A DNA stretch of 45,803 nucleotides from Dimargaris cristalligena (taxonomy: Eukaryota), in contig ML002299.1 in the NCBI GenBank assembly GCA_003614675.1, positions 1 to 45,803 of the forward strand, written 5' to 3'. The position numbers were made by a program, and so were the translations under genes. Each line of letters begins with the position of its first letter. Position 1 is the first letter of the stretch. The notes under the pieces are model-generated. The model saw only the letters and a program-made list of their open reading frames with translations, was not told the origin of the DNA and did no database searches. Below are positions 1-12,130 of this stretch, one piece after another.

Positions 1-31
1 ACTCGTCAGGGGCATACTTCCGATAAGTGCG

Positions 32-2500
32 AAAAATAGATAAAAAATAAAAGTAGGTAAAAAATGTGGTAAGTTCACCACAATAGGTATAATTAGACAG
101 ACACAGCCAAACCATTGTATAAAAATAAATATCAATATAGTGCAGCATTCTAGTAGGGGGGGTCAATGTGTAGAAATAACTTGCACCTAATATGAATGAA
201 AGCATAGGTACCTCGTAAGCTGGTAAGGGTGGCTGTATCCAATATTTATTGATTTATACACATGCTTCCATGGGAATAGAATTTATATACATCAAAGCCA
301 CAAGGTTGCATCCCTTTATGGCTCCCAATAGGTGGGTCTATAGGGGGAGCTTTTCCTGGTGGCTAATCACCCAACTATTGTTATTTTAAAGGTTGCATCC
401 ATGTCACTTTTGAGGTTACAGTGGCTGTATACTTAGAAGGACAGGTCCCATAAATAGGGGCACATCTTCCAAATAAAGGGGTGAGCAGTGCACCAGTATG
501 AATTATTTCCCCTACTGGCACTCATTCACACTGGCCTGAAATACTAATGCTCTGAGGTTTGTTCCTTCATCATAAAGGACCACTGGTCACATTCATTTTA
601 CATTTATGAATAAGCTACCCAATATTTGTTGTACAATATTTGCTTTGCTAAACCCCAGCCTTGATGTTCCAATTATGCAGCATGACTATCAATAGCCATG
701 CCAAGTCATTGTGATCATTAAGTTGAGAGGAATTTGACTAATAACCCAATTCTACATTGGGTAACCCCTATTGTCAATTAGTTGAGTGCTGTGGTCTCAT
801 TAGATAGATTATTACAATACAATTGTCAACCAAGTAGTGATCAACCTGGTTTCATTATATATATAACTTCTATCTGGCTTATTTTACAATAATAGTAGCC
901 CCAAAACTAAGGGATTTCCAATACTAATGGTCATATTTATTACCTGGGTTAACCACTCTTAGTCCATCAAGAGTCCTGAGGATAGGCTTCTAATGGTAGG
1001 CAGGGCTTAGACTCAGCCAAGCAGGCTACTAGCATTAGGACAGGGGCATAGTACTAACTAATAAAGGACAGATACAGGTAGATGTCAGGGACATGCAGCA
1101 GGCACACTTACTAGTTATTACAAGGGGGTGAGCATATATAGAGTTTATTGAGGTAAACTAAGGGATAGTAATAAGCTAAGGAATTGAACCAGTCCCAGTA
1201 GGGCCTGGTTATATATATGGGGACAGCTCTAGAGGGAGGTCCCAAGGGGAATACAACTAAGGCTAAGGTGTAGATAGGTAAAGGGCCCAACTAGACAGCT
1301 TCGTATTGGGAAGACTCTCATGGGAACTGGAAGAGACTTGGATCAGCAAGTGGAGTATTTGGGGTACAAACTATTGGGGTTGCAATGGGTAGGGTTATAT
1401 AATAAATGATGACCCATAGTACCAGGGGTGACTATGGGAGGGTTAATATAGTACTATAAGGCCTAATAAGGATGGGCAATTATTAGGACTAGATTAAGTT
1501 GGATTAGGAAGGCTGAGAATATTATTTTCTGAAAAAAATACTATACAACTAAAAATACAGTGAGTCCTATGAAATTCAACACTATCCAATATTGGACATG
1601 CATCAATAGTTGGGGAGTTCCACTTTCTTATCCTATTAATATAAAGCCCAGTTGTTGGAGACAAGCCATTACTATGTATATCAGAGTTAATCTAACCAGA
1701 CATTGTGCTAGTGTTTCAGACAGGTGTAGACTTGGCTGTGTGTAAGTGTGATGGTGCCCTTGTCTTGCAAATATTACATTGCATATGTTAGTCCTTGGAC
1801 CATTGATAATCACATTTTACCCTACTGCACTATGTGCCAACAAAATACTATAGGTATCATATTCAATAATAGACTATCTTAGGGGAAATGGAAAGGCTTA
1901 GTCAATGAGGTATTTGATAGTAATAAGTGGATGCACCAAATAGGTGATATGGTTTCCATTTCAGGGAGCCTGGTTTGGCTCCCCCATCTTGAATATCACT
2001 GCATAAATGTTAGTACTGTCAACTGAATATGAATATCAGGCATATGTTTATTTCTTGAGTGGTCAATTGCCCACTTACTATAAAATATAAGTAAATATGA
2101 AACAAATGGGGCCAGGTTAATAACTATAACATGTGTACAGTGTTGATACAGTGGCAGCCACCTGTGGTATATTCGGCAGCTAAAACTCGCAAAATCCAGG
2201 TTTTAGATTGTCCTTCATATCCCAGGGAATCTAAACTATATACCTATCAATTGGCTTCATAATAAGGTAGATGGTCACTTGGGAAAAGTCAATATTACAA
2301 TTTTCTAAGATCAGTTTTACTGGTCCGGAATGCAAGAGGACCACATGGGGCAGCAAATTAAACATAATGGCTTGGTGGTATTAGGGTATATTTTACCAGC
2401 CCACTATCAACTGTATTACTACAGGTATTCAATTATGTTGGTCCTTTCCATTTATTGACCACATGTATATAATTTCTAACTAACAGCTATTGTTTCATTA
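32..2500. mobile_element. CpG-depleted degenerate repeat/transposon or pseudogene relic (family not identified)
   Basis: By eye only two CpG between 32 and 2170 (at ~214 and ~1302) although C and G are common. The frames translated are broken by stops. CpG returns to normal near 2500. No recognisable transposon motif, so the element class is inferred. Confidence 0.45.
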
Positions 2501-2800
2501 TGTAACCCAACGCAAAACCCGTTGATCCGAACCTCTCCTATAGCAAAGCTATGCTTCTAAATATATAAAAACAGTACTAGGCCATAATGGCTGGTTCACC
2601 AATACTCGTATCCCCCCACAGTCAGCGTTGGGACATTTCCCCCAAAACCGAAACAGGCTTTTGGGTGCCAATAGCTTTTGTACACCATTTTCCAAATCGC
2701 CTCACAAGGGCTTTGTACATTTTTGAATTTACATATTCCTTTTTATATTTCTGGCTTGAATTGCCTAGTCCACAGGGGCTCGGTTCACTATAGTTATAAC

Positions 2801-4671
2801 ATGACTACTCTGTTGCCTTTTCGCATGGCCGCGTATTCGAGGTTGGCCCGCCTGGGACCCAATGGGCCGCTTCTACCCCTCGTTAAAGTCGGCCGATTCC
2901 ATCAATCGGCCAAACGACTTATACTGGACAATACTGGTCGAACGATCGCCAAGTCATCCGTGATATCGGAGGGAAAGGAGAAGCTGACCCCTGTTGGGCA
3001 GATCCTACTCGAAACCATCAAGGTACTCCCCTCATTTCAGTGCAAAGTTTTTATTGAATGTGTATAAACCCCGGCCAGAATAACCCAGCGTACAGGCAAA
3101 ACCGCATCTATGTGTGCTTAGTAAACCTGTCCCTAGGCTAATATATCGACTTATGAAACATATGATCATAGACCTCGGGGCCAGTTTCCGTATCACACTT
3201 TATACGCCAGGCGCTTCAAAGTCCCATGGGAGGCTACTACAAAAAGGGCAAAGACGTTCTCGGGGTCGAGGGCGATTTCATCACGTCACCGGAGATCAGC
3301 CAAATGTTTGGCGAGCTGATCGGAGTATGGTTCACGGCTAATTGGCGCGGGCGTCAGTCTAAGCTCCCTGTGCGCGTCATTGAGCTTGGGCCCGGCCGGG
3401 GTACTCTAATGAAGGATATGCTACGGGCCATGTCCCGGTTTCCGGACTTGTTCAGCCGAATCGAGCATGTTCACCTAGTGGAAAGTAGTGCCGAACTAGC
3501 GCGGATCCAGCACACCACGTTGGGGGTAGATGATAGTGCTGGTCAGCAGGACCATGCCCATCAGACGCTGTCTCCCATTTCGTGGCACGATAGCTTATCA
3601 GACATTGACCTATCCGAACCCGCCTATAATATAGTATTGGCCCACGAGTTTTTCGATGCTCTCCCCATTTACAAATTCCAACTTACGGATCGGGGCTGGC
3701 GGGAAGTGCTAGTAGATATTGACGAAGGTCAGGAGCACCCTTGGCATTTCCGGTACGTTCTCAACCCCCATCCCTCTATGGCCACCAAGACCATCTTATC
3801 CCCCGATCGATTCCCGGCGTCCCAATACCGCACGGGCGATACCGTTGAGATATCACCAGATGCTTGGGGTGTGGCCCATTCCATTGCCAAATTAATCCAG
3901 GAGCAGGAAGGGTGTGCTCTAGTGATCGATTATGGTGATAACCATTCCTTTGCGGATTCCTTCCGGGTAAGTTTCTTACTTTCGTTTTACTTCTGACCTC
4001 TCCATTTTTTTTTTGTAATGCTATTGCCATACTGAACTATTTACCTGTTATTTAAAACTAACTAGTCTGCCGATTTTGATTTTTACGTGCGACATTGTTC
4101 CTTTACTATACCGGAATGCCCAACTTGCTAACGGCCATGTAGGGTATAAGAAAGCACAAATTCATACACCCCCTTTCTTCGCCAGGTGAAATTGATCTCA
4201 CCTTCGATGTTGATTTTTCCCTGCTCCAAAACGCCGTTGGAGATTTAGGTAAGTGAAAATACTGGCTACGGCTAACAATAGTCCTATTATGGCACCACAA
4301 ACATGGCAGTATTTTATGTATAACCGACCAAACCCACCTTGCCGGCTTTCTGAATCAACCAGTTATACAATATCACGGATCTATATATGTTGACCCCAAA
4401 ATTTGCTATTTATACCCTGGACTTCTTGCACACCTATCATGGACCACACTTAGCTACTTGCCATGGGCCCATCCAACAGAACCATTTTCTTGGTAGAATG
4501 GGCATCGAACTTCGCCTCCAGAAACTCATTCAAAATGCCCCCAATAAGGAAAGTGCCAATGAGCTGGTTGAAGGTTTCAACCGTTTGGTCGACCCTATGT
4601 TCATGGGTAAGGTGTACAAGGCAATGGCGATCACGGAACCCGATTATTTACCTGTTGCCTTTGAGTCCTGA
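2801..4671 (+). CDS. NDUFAF7: Mitochondrial protein arginine methyltransferase NDUFAF7/MidA (complex I assembly factor)
   Basis: Exons 2801-3022, 3172-3966, 4143-4248, 4454-4671 with GT-AG introns joining in frame. Motifs GGYY..GDFITSPEISQMFGELIG, ELGPGRGTL, AHEFFDALP, LVIDYG, PGEIDLTFDVDF, RLVDP.MG..YK. Basic N-terminal transit-like peptide. Confidence 0.95.
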
Positions 4672-4901
4672 TGATAGGCATGCGTATTTTTACTGCATTT
4701 TATAACTTGCAGAGCTTAGGCCAATCCAACTGGTAAAGCTGGGTATGCTTAAGAACTTGGCATAGTTTAGCTCATAGCTCTGCTAATAGGGCCCTGTTCC
4801 TCTTAATAAATTAGACAGCATCCGGTACCGAGCCCGCCATAGAAAATTACGTCCCATTTTTTATTTTAGTGCAAGGGAGTAGCCAAGGTAGTGCACAGTT
4901 A

Positions 4902-7900
4902 TTAGGTAGAGTAACAGTCGGGGTGATATAGTGCCTTGGTCTTGGGTAGATACAGGAAATGACGGGGGTCCAATATACCAAGGCAGTGGGTGCAGTGGGA
5001 TTCTGATGTTACAACTACATTGGGTCCCAGCGAATTCTGCAACTGGGCGTACTGGTTATGAACCGTCAAATTAGTGTTTGTATGTAGGGCCTTAATGACT
5101 TGGTTGTGTCGACGGCGGTGTTCGGTCTGCCGCAGTGCATCGGTCAAGAAGGATTCAAGTGCATCGATGGGCCAGGTGGTAGGGAGGAGGTTCAGGACCT
5201 GTAGGGCATCTAAAGCCTCGCCATGGCGGGTAAGCAGCTGGTTAACCAAGATTACCGCAGTGTCTTCGTCCTCCAGTTTAAGATAGTATTTCAGGAGAGA
5301 GCGGAAATAGTCGTTCCGGTCGAGGGTCGCGACTATAGTCGCACCGTACACTTCAGCGGCCGCATAGTCCTGCACTTGCAAAACCAGAAGTGGCAGGACT
5401 TGTTTGGGGTGACCGAGCTTCCCTTCAATAAGGGCCAGTTCGGGAACTAACTCGGTTTGTTCCGCCATGACATCCCGGAATTTGTTGAGGTCGTAGACAT
5501 CGGACCAGGCCAGAAACCGGAGCAGCTGGGTCCGGACGCGGGCTAGGGGCGAGTGGGCTAGGTGGGTCTCTAGAAATTCGACAAAAGTGAGGCCCTCCGT
5601 GCGCTCCGGGGTCTGCTGGAAGTCTTGGAGTAATTCGTGTAGGGCAGTCGGTCCGGCCGCTCCAGTCCGCGCATGTAATTGTTCAATCAGTAAATCCAAA
5701 AGGCGGTCGTGTTGGTGGCTCTCCCGGCAGTTCAGTTGCCGAATCACATGGTCCAAGTACAGGATTGCCCCGGCTGACCCGTGTTTGTGAAGGTGATCAA
5801 CGATGCGGTCGATAGTCGCTTGGGAAGTATCTTGGTCCGCAATAGAAACGAACAGCTAGTGGCGGGGTCGATCGTACAGGGATATAGCATAATTATACCG
5901 GTTGAGATAAAATCACTATCGGGTAAGGGACCTGTATGGCAAAAATCCGGAAGCTGGATTAGGGTGAATCCAGCCGTAAACTACCATGTAATTCAATTTG
6001 GATACGGGGCTTACCTGGGCACCTAGAATTTCGGACCGCTCAAGGACAATGTCCGAAAATGACCATACAAGATCGCTTCTACGGAATCCGTCCAAATAGG
6101 CAAAAAACTCATCCAGACCCCCGAATCGATCATTCGAGGGTTTCCCTATTAGAATGTTCGACCAAATAGCCAAGACTTTTTCTGGGAGTTGATGGGCACG
6201 GTAGAGCATCGAAAGCGCGAACGGTTTATCGTGGGTGGTTAAAAGGGATTCGCTCATTGCGAGGTGACAGTAACTACCACCGTCTTTTAGAATGCTGTAG
6301 ATTTTGTCGGACTGGTCCTCCAGGTAGTGGCGAAGCAGCACGGAGTTAACCACCTGTAAATCAAGCGGGGTCCATATATCCGGTGCAACCCGAGAGTCTT
6401 CCTTCACCAGTTGAAAATAGCGAATAGCTGTTCGCTCCGCGGCTGATACAGGTGGTCGTGTATCGGAGTCGGCGTCAGGACTTGTTGTGGTCGAAGCTGA
6501 TTCAGGGTTCCGATTACGTATTCGACTGTAAGCAGCATCTAGCGCCGGCGAAGGTTCATAGCTGAAATCAGGCAGATGGGCGGCTAATTCGGGCAATAAT
6601 CCCAGGACCAAAGCGGGGGGGATCCGGCCCTTGCGGAAATATTCCAAGGCATCGGACCATCGTTGCTGGCTAAAGTAGATGAGTGCAATACGCCGGTTAA
6701 TGTATTGCAGTTCATCCGAGAGAGTGGGGGTGTGGTAGTGGTACGCGGTCAGGGCCCGGTTAACGTGTTCGAGGGCCACATCCACCTTTTGGGCGTCAAG
6801 CAGGGCCTCTATCTGGTAGGATAGCGGTGGCATGAACACTGAGTAGATGGCCTGTGGACCCACCAAAAGAAAGGGAACGGGAAGGGTGGTAGGGGTTGGT
6901 TCGTTGCCGAAGGCTGGAAAGCTGATTTGCAAATAGGCGGCGGGGGTTAGCTGCCACACTACGCCGGGCGGTACAGCAACGGTTTGAACTTGGGCCAGTC
7001 GGGTGATATCGTAAACCTCGACTTGGAATTCAGGCGTTAATACGAGTAGGTAGGGGAACTGGTAGGTGATGGCAATTGGGAACTGCGGGAAATGGAGAGT
7101 GCCCCGGACGGCATCCCCCCCAGTCGTAATAAACATACCCAGGGCGGCGAAATCCACCCCCGTTCCCGTCACTAGGAAAAACTCGTCGGGGGTAATGGCT
7201 AAGATCAGTGGTCGGGCCGACGGGGTACGGGGCAAACTGGTAGGGGCCAATTCCAATGGCGGGCGGGGGTTGCGGATATTTAAGAGAGCATAGCTATGGT
7301 GGTCGGATAGGCACACCTGCTCGTTCCAGGCGCAGAGCTGTGTTGCACCCGCCGGGAAGGGAACATCCTGGCGGGGCTGTAGCCCTTGGCTCGATAGCTG
7401 TAGGATCTGGATGGTCCGTCGTCTAGCCACATAAAGTAATGCTGGGACCGGATCGCTCAAAGATGTGGTCCGGCGTAGGGCAGTGTTGAGGGCAAAACTC
7501 ATGACCCCCCGGATAGGGGCAAACTGGGATATCGTTAAAGGCGTTAGATCGGGAAAGGAAAGGAACCACAGAGTGGCCTCGCATAATACCATGACTTTAC
7601 GCAAAGTGGGGACCACTGTGATAGATTCCACCCGTCCTTTGCCACTCCCCAAGGTAACGGTTTGTATAAACGACGGCGGGGTGGGGTCAGCGTCCCGAAA
7701 CCGGATATGGTCGATCCAATAGTGGTGGACTTGGCCTTGACCCGCCCCCACATAAAGGTTGCTTTCCCACCCGTCGGCGCAGTCGAACCCCGGCCCCGAC
7801 GGATAGCTCGCTCCCCCCGGGGGAGATGGGCCGGGGTTGGTGGCTGACGAATGCCGCCGAAGGGTGGAGCGGGCGGCGACCTCATTGAGCAGGCGGGAAG

Positions 7901-8069
7901 TGCGCGTGTTGGGCGAGGACGAGGCCGGCGGGGATGGGTCAGTACCACTGGGTAGGCGATTATGGGATACCTGGGGCGACGCAGGATTCGACAGGGCTTG
8001 GGAGGTGCTGGGCTGCTCCGAGGCCGGGCGCACCAAAAGGGGCTGGAGGCCGAATGGCTGGAAGGACAT
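4902..8069 (-). CDS. TGFBRAP1/Vps3/Vps39 (Vam6)-family CORVET/HOPS tether subunit (CNH beta-propeller, helical repeat, C-terminal Zn finger)
   Basis: Exons 8069-6015 and 5855-4902. Intron 6014-5856 (GTAAGC...CTAG) gives an in-frame join LGAQ|LFVSIA. CNH-like segments (GMFITTGGDAVRGTLHF, QFPYLLVL) and a Vps39_2-like C-terminus (LNLLPTTWPI...CTHC...YHPDC). Confidence 0.88.
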
Positions 8070-8687
8070 GGGACCAAGGCTGGAGGATGGGCGAAGGTAA
8101 CACGGGGGTCAATCGAGGGGTGAACGAATGGCAGTAATAATATCAAAAGGCGGGTGGTAGAACTTGAACGAATAGCCGTCTACCTTAGTCAAAACTAGGG
8201 CCCAGCGGATTCCCTGTCCAAAGTAGACCACAATACTACGTAGGTGAAGTAATAATGTATACAAGGAGACCTGGAAGTGGCATCCGACCATGGGGAGAAT
8301 ATGAGAGAGGGATGAGGAGGGCGCTGCTGGCCAAATGGGAGGAACCTATTCCTGGCGTTGGGCAAGGCTTGTTTACCCACACCCCTTTCTGGCGTATTAT
8401 ACGCATCAAGATGGCTTAAAGCCTCTGCCCAACCTATCCCGGATTCGCCTTCAGTATTAAAATCCAGGCACCTAGTTTCCAGAAGAGTTATTTTATTACA
8501 GGTAAATGTGACGAAAGCAAAAGGAGCTGTGGCTGGATAATGCGCTTAAATGCGTAATCAAAAGGACCTACATCACTCAAAAGACGGGTAAAAATACGAG
8601 AGTAAACTAAACGACGGAACTGAGTTCCAGGCCAGGTTTGCCACAACAGGAGTATGTGGACCGAGCAGTGGGCAGTTGGACATCATT

Positions 8688-9788
8688 CTACTCGCCGTAT
8701 TTCAACATCCGAACGAATTCGCGGTAGTTAAAGTTATTGTTGGCGTCAATTGGCGCATTTTTGAACACCGTAGCCAGCTATGCAACGGCAATAAAAGGTG
8801 TCGAATATCAATACATAGAAGGGGAGGGAGGATATCAGTACACGAAATGGCAGTGTATAGGCTACGAGACCTTCTACCGGGGTATAATATTACTAGCTTA
8901 CCTCAGCCTCGGTCAGCCGGTCCCCCATGGTAGTCATGGCCTCCCGCAGTTCGTCGGCATTAATGAGGCCGGACGAGTCGTCATCAAAGCACTCAAAGGC
9001 CATCAGAATGTCTGGTTCGGGATCGGTACCACTCAGTTTCTCGCCCATCAACGTAAGGAACATGGTGAAGTTGATCGGCCCCGTTGCCTCATCGATCATT
9101 GCCTCGATATAGCTATCGGTCGGAGTTTGCCCTAGGAAGCGAGCCCGGTAAGTAAGTTATTGTTCCGCAGCCCCAGATAAAAATCGAGATACACGGAGAT
9201 GTACGCAAGGACAAATGTGAAATAAATGCGGTAAATAATACAGTCTGGACAGTCCTACTAGCAGGCGGTACATCCCAACAAAAGCCCGAGTCGTTGGCAG
9301 GCCGTGAACCATACAGTCTCATAAGTAACCAACGGTTATATAGGGTATTTTCAGAGGAGCGGCATAGTGGCCCCAGCTCCACCAGTGCTTCTCATTAGGG
9401 CAGCACACGGACTTACCGAGGGAATGGAGCATGTCCTTGAGATCCTCTTTGTCCACAAAGCCGTCGGCGTCATGGTCAAACATGGAGAAGGCCTCCTTGA
9501 ATTCGGCGATTTGCTTCTGGTCAAAGATGTTGAACACATTTGAATTTTGGCGGGTGGCCCGCTTCCGCTTTTGTTTTTGGATGGCCTACAAGGGGGGTAA
9601 AAGGAAATACAGTCGTACGGATACCATATAATTGAAGACCATAAGGAGGGTGTTGAGTTTGGGTGCCGGGTCGAATTACCGAACGGGTATAGGTCCCCAG
9701 GGCTAATAGCTGGGCTGAATTCCAAGTAAGTGAGTCTTATCGAGGGAAGTGTCGGTATTAAGGGGGGCAGCCATTGGGAACTTACCAT
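8688..9788 (-). CDS. Myosin II regulatory light chain (EF-hand)
   Basis: Exons 9788-9786 (ATG only), 9585-9417, 9131-8902, 8777-8688. Product [50 protein letters not shown]...[22 protein letters not shown]...[14 protein letters not shown], a classic RLC signature. Confidence 0.95.
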
Positions 9789-10658
9789 GCTTAAAGAAAC
9801 TGAACGGGACTCGAGTAAAGTTGCCAATAAGTATAAATGATAATAGAAGGACCGAGTGGATGTAACAGGTTTGGACATGGAGGTTTGCTCTATTGCCCAC
9901 AGAAGTAAAATAGGGGGCAGTGTAAATGCCGGGGGTGCTTGGAATTAGTTGTGGCAAACGGCCTACCTTCACACTGTTTAAGGCGTGCCTAATGGTGACT
10001 GGCCCCAACTGCAGCACAATATGCCTTTTGCACACATTCGAAACCATAAATAACAAGACGGTAAACAAAACGAGGAGAGTGCGAGTTGATCAGGAAAGGT
10101 AAACAACTTCCACCAATCACATGACACACTGATCCTTTTCATCCAATTGTAACTTAGTACAGGCCCGTAGTCGGTAGCTAAGGCACCACCATATAGACAA
10201 CAACCGTGGTGGAGGTCAAAGGAACAGTCAATGTGTGATGCTATATGCTGAATGTTGACGACCATTTATTACACCCATCGGGCTTTACCCGGACCACATC
10301 TAAGCCAAATTCCGTCTACCTATGACATAGCTCTACAACCTCCTGGATGTCGTTACATAGCATTCCCAATTAAACTTTGACCATTGGCAGTGAATACATT
10401 TATCCACATCGATAACTAGGAAACTGGGCTTTATAGTATTCCCCAGATTAGCTAGAGCTCAGTCAACTCCCTCTTCAATTAAACAAAATAGGAAGACAGA
10501 CAATGGGTGATGGTATAAAGCGTTTGGTTCAATCATTATCGCACCAGCTGCATGGCTAAGTGTAAAATATCGAATATCTTTTTAACCAGCACATCGGAAT
10601 ACACGGCTAGTAACATGATAAGGATACCCAACAGCTGCCAATGGTAGGACCATAGCTG

Positions 10659-12130
10659 TCAATCCGTCATATCGTCCTCATCGGGTTTGAAGGTCTTGAG
10701 TACTTTCGTACTGAAAGAATTGCACCGCTGGCACTTGTGGTATAGGAAGTGGTATTTGGTTTCGGATCGTTCCTCGCAGTCGCCACAGAAAATTATGGAC
10801 CGCGTTGTGGCGTATTCGGCGGGCATGACCTGCTCGTCTAGCAGTTTCTCCAACTCCTTGAAGAGCGGGGTCATATCGCCGATGCTCTTTTGGCAGACGG
10901 GACATTGGAAGGAGTGATCCATATAAGTGTTTAGGCAGTCGAGGTGGATGGTGTGGCCACACCGCATGATGGTGATGGGCTGTCGAGACGTCTGTAGGAA
11001 CTCGCCGCAGATTGGGCAGTCGACTTCGACGGAATTCTCGCGACACTTGTGCTCACCCACTAAGGTTTCACTGATGCACCGAACGCACTTAAAACAGTGC
11101 TGATACTGGTCTTTCCGATCCCGTAGGCACATTTGGCAGTCATTACAGTGGAATATGTCAAGTTCCGGATCGTTGTTCCACATGTGGCAGATATCGCAGT
11201 AGTATTCCCCCAAGGGCTCGTTACATGTCATGTTGGAGCAGACCTGGCCGGCTTCCTGGATTCCTTGGCAGTGCATACACATCATATACTTGACGCCCTT
11301 TCTACCAAGCATAACCGCAGTATAATAAGCCCATTGTTAAAATACCCCATTAGATTATAGGTAAAGTCGGGCACAACTTGGCTGGTCAATTTACCGAAAA
11401 ATAGACGACATGGACCTTATCAAATCTAAAACCGGACATTGGGCGACTTACCGGTCGAGTGTGTGATTTGTCGCTTCATCGTGGCAGATTCGGCATGTGA
11501 ACCAGCGGCCACAGCACTTGGCGTACATCTTGGCGCCCCGTTGGTAGTGCGGGCACCCCAAACCATCCCCCTGGAAATAATCCAAAAAATGTAATAATAA
11601 TGTACGCACAGTCCGACACATACGGTAAGTTTCTGAAAATCAACACCCATACAAACCTTGCCCATTCATGCAATAGCGATTAGCGGTCGAGAAATATACA
11701 TGTGAAACTTACAGAATAGGTAGGTTTTAATTCTTCTTCCGTTGCGCTGGGGAAGGCACCGGGTGATTCAACAAAGGCCGGGTTCGTGTCTTGCATATTC
11801 TGGTCCTTCGGGGAATCATCTTGTGAGAGACTGGCGGCGAACGCTGGAGATATCAGGGCCTATCCGCCAAGGTACCAATATAATAACGGCCAGTCGGGTA
11901 ATGAGTTAGTTTTAGTACAGTGGTGGTTCGTGTTTTCATATTGCACTACTGAGTGCTCGTTACTAAAGAGAAGACAGTCCGCTCGACTGGCTATCTATAT
12001 TGCAACAGTATACAGCCCCATACCCTACCTGGATGAGTCGGGGCTTATTCCCGGAGGGAATGGAGTCGTCTTTCATAATCTGCAGAATGCGAGCCCGCAG
12101 CTCGGCCTGGCGGTCGGGTGAAGCGGACAT
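10659..12130 (-). CDS. RCHY1: RCHY1/Pirh2-like CHY zinc finger, CTCHY, RING-H2 and zinc-ribbon E3 ubiquitin ligase
   Basis: Exons 12130-12029, 11859-11713, 11570-11452, 11301-10659. CHY start GCPHYQRGAK..AKCC.RWFTCRICHDE; RING CPICGE...CGHTIH..C...CPVC; C-terminal CGDC...YHFLYHKCQRC. Confidence 0.92.

Noticed and set aside
1764-1850. Minus-strand translation ...CSRVKCDYQWSKD*HMQCNICK resembling a decayed Zn2Cys6 cluster
   Set aside because: The first Cys pair is missing, spacing is off and there are in-frame stops. Cys codons also arise readily from CpG decay, so it cannot be supported without a profile search.
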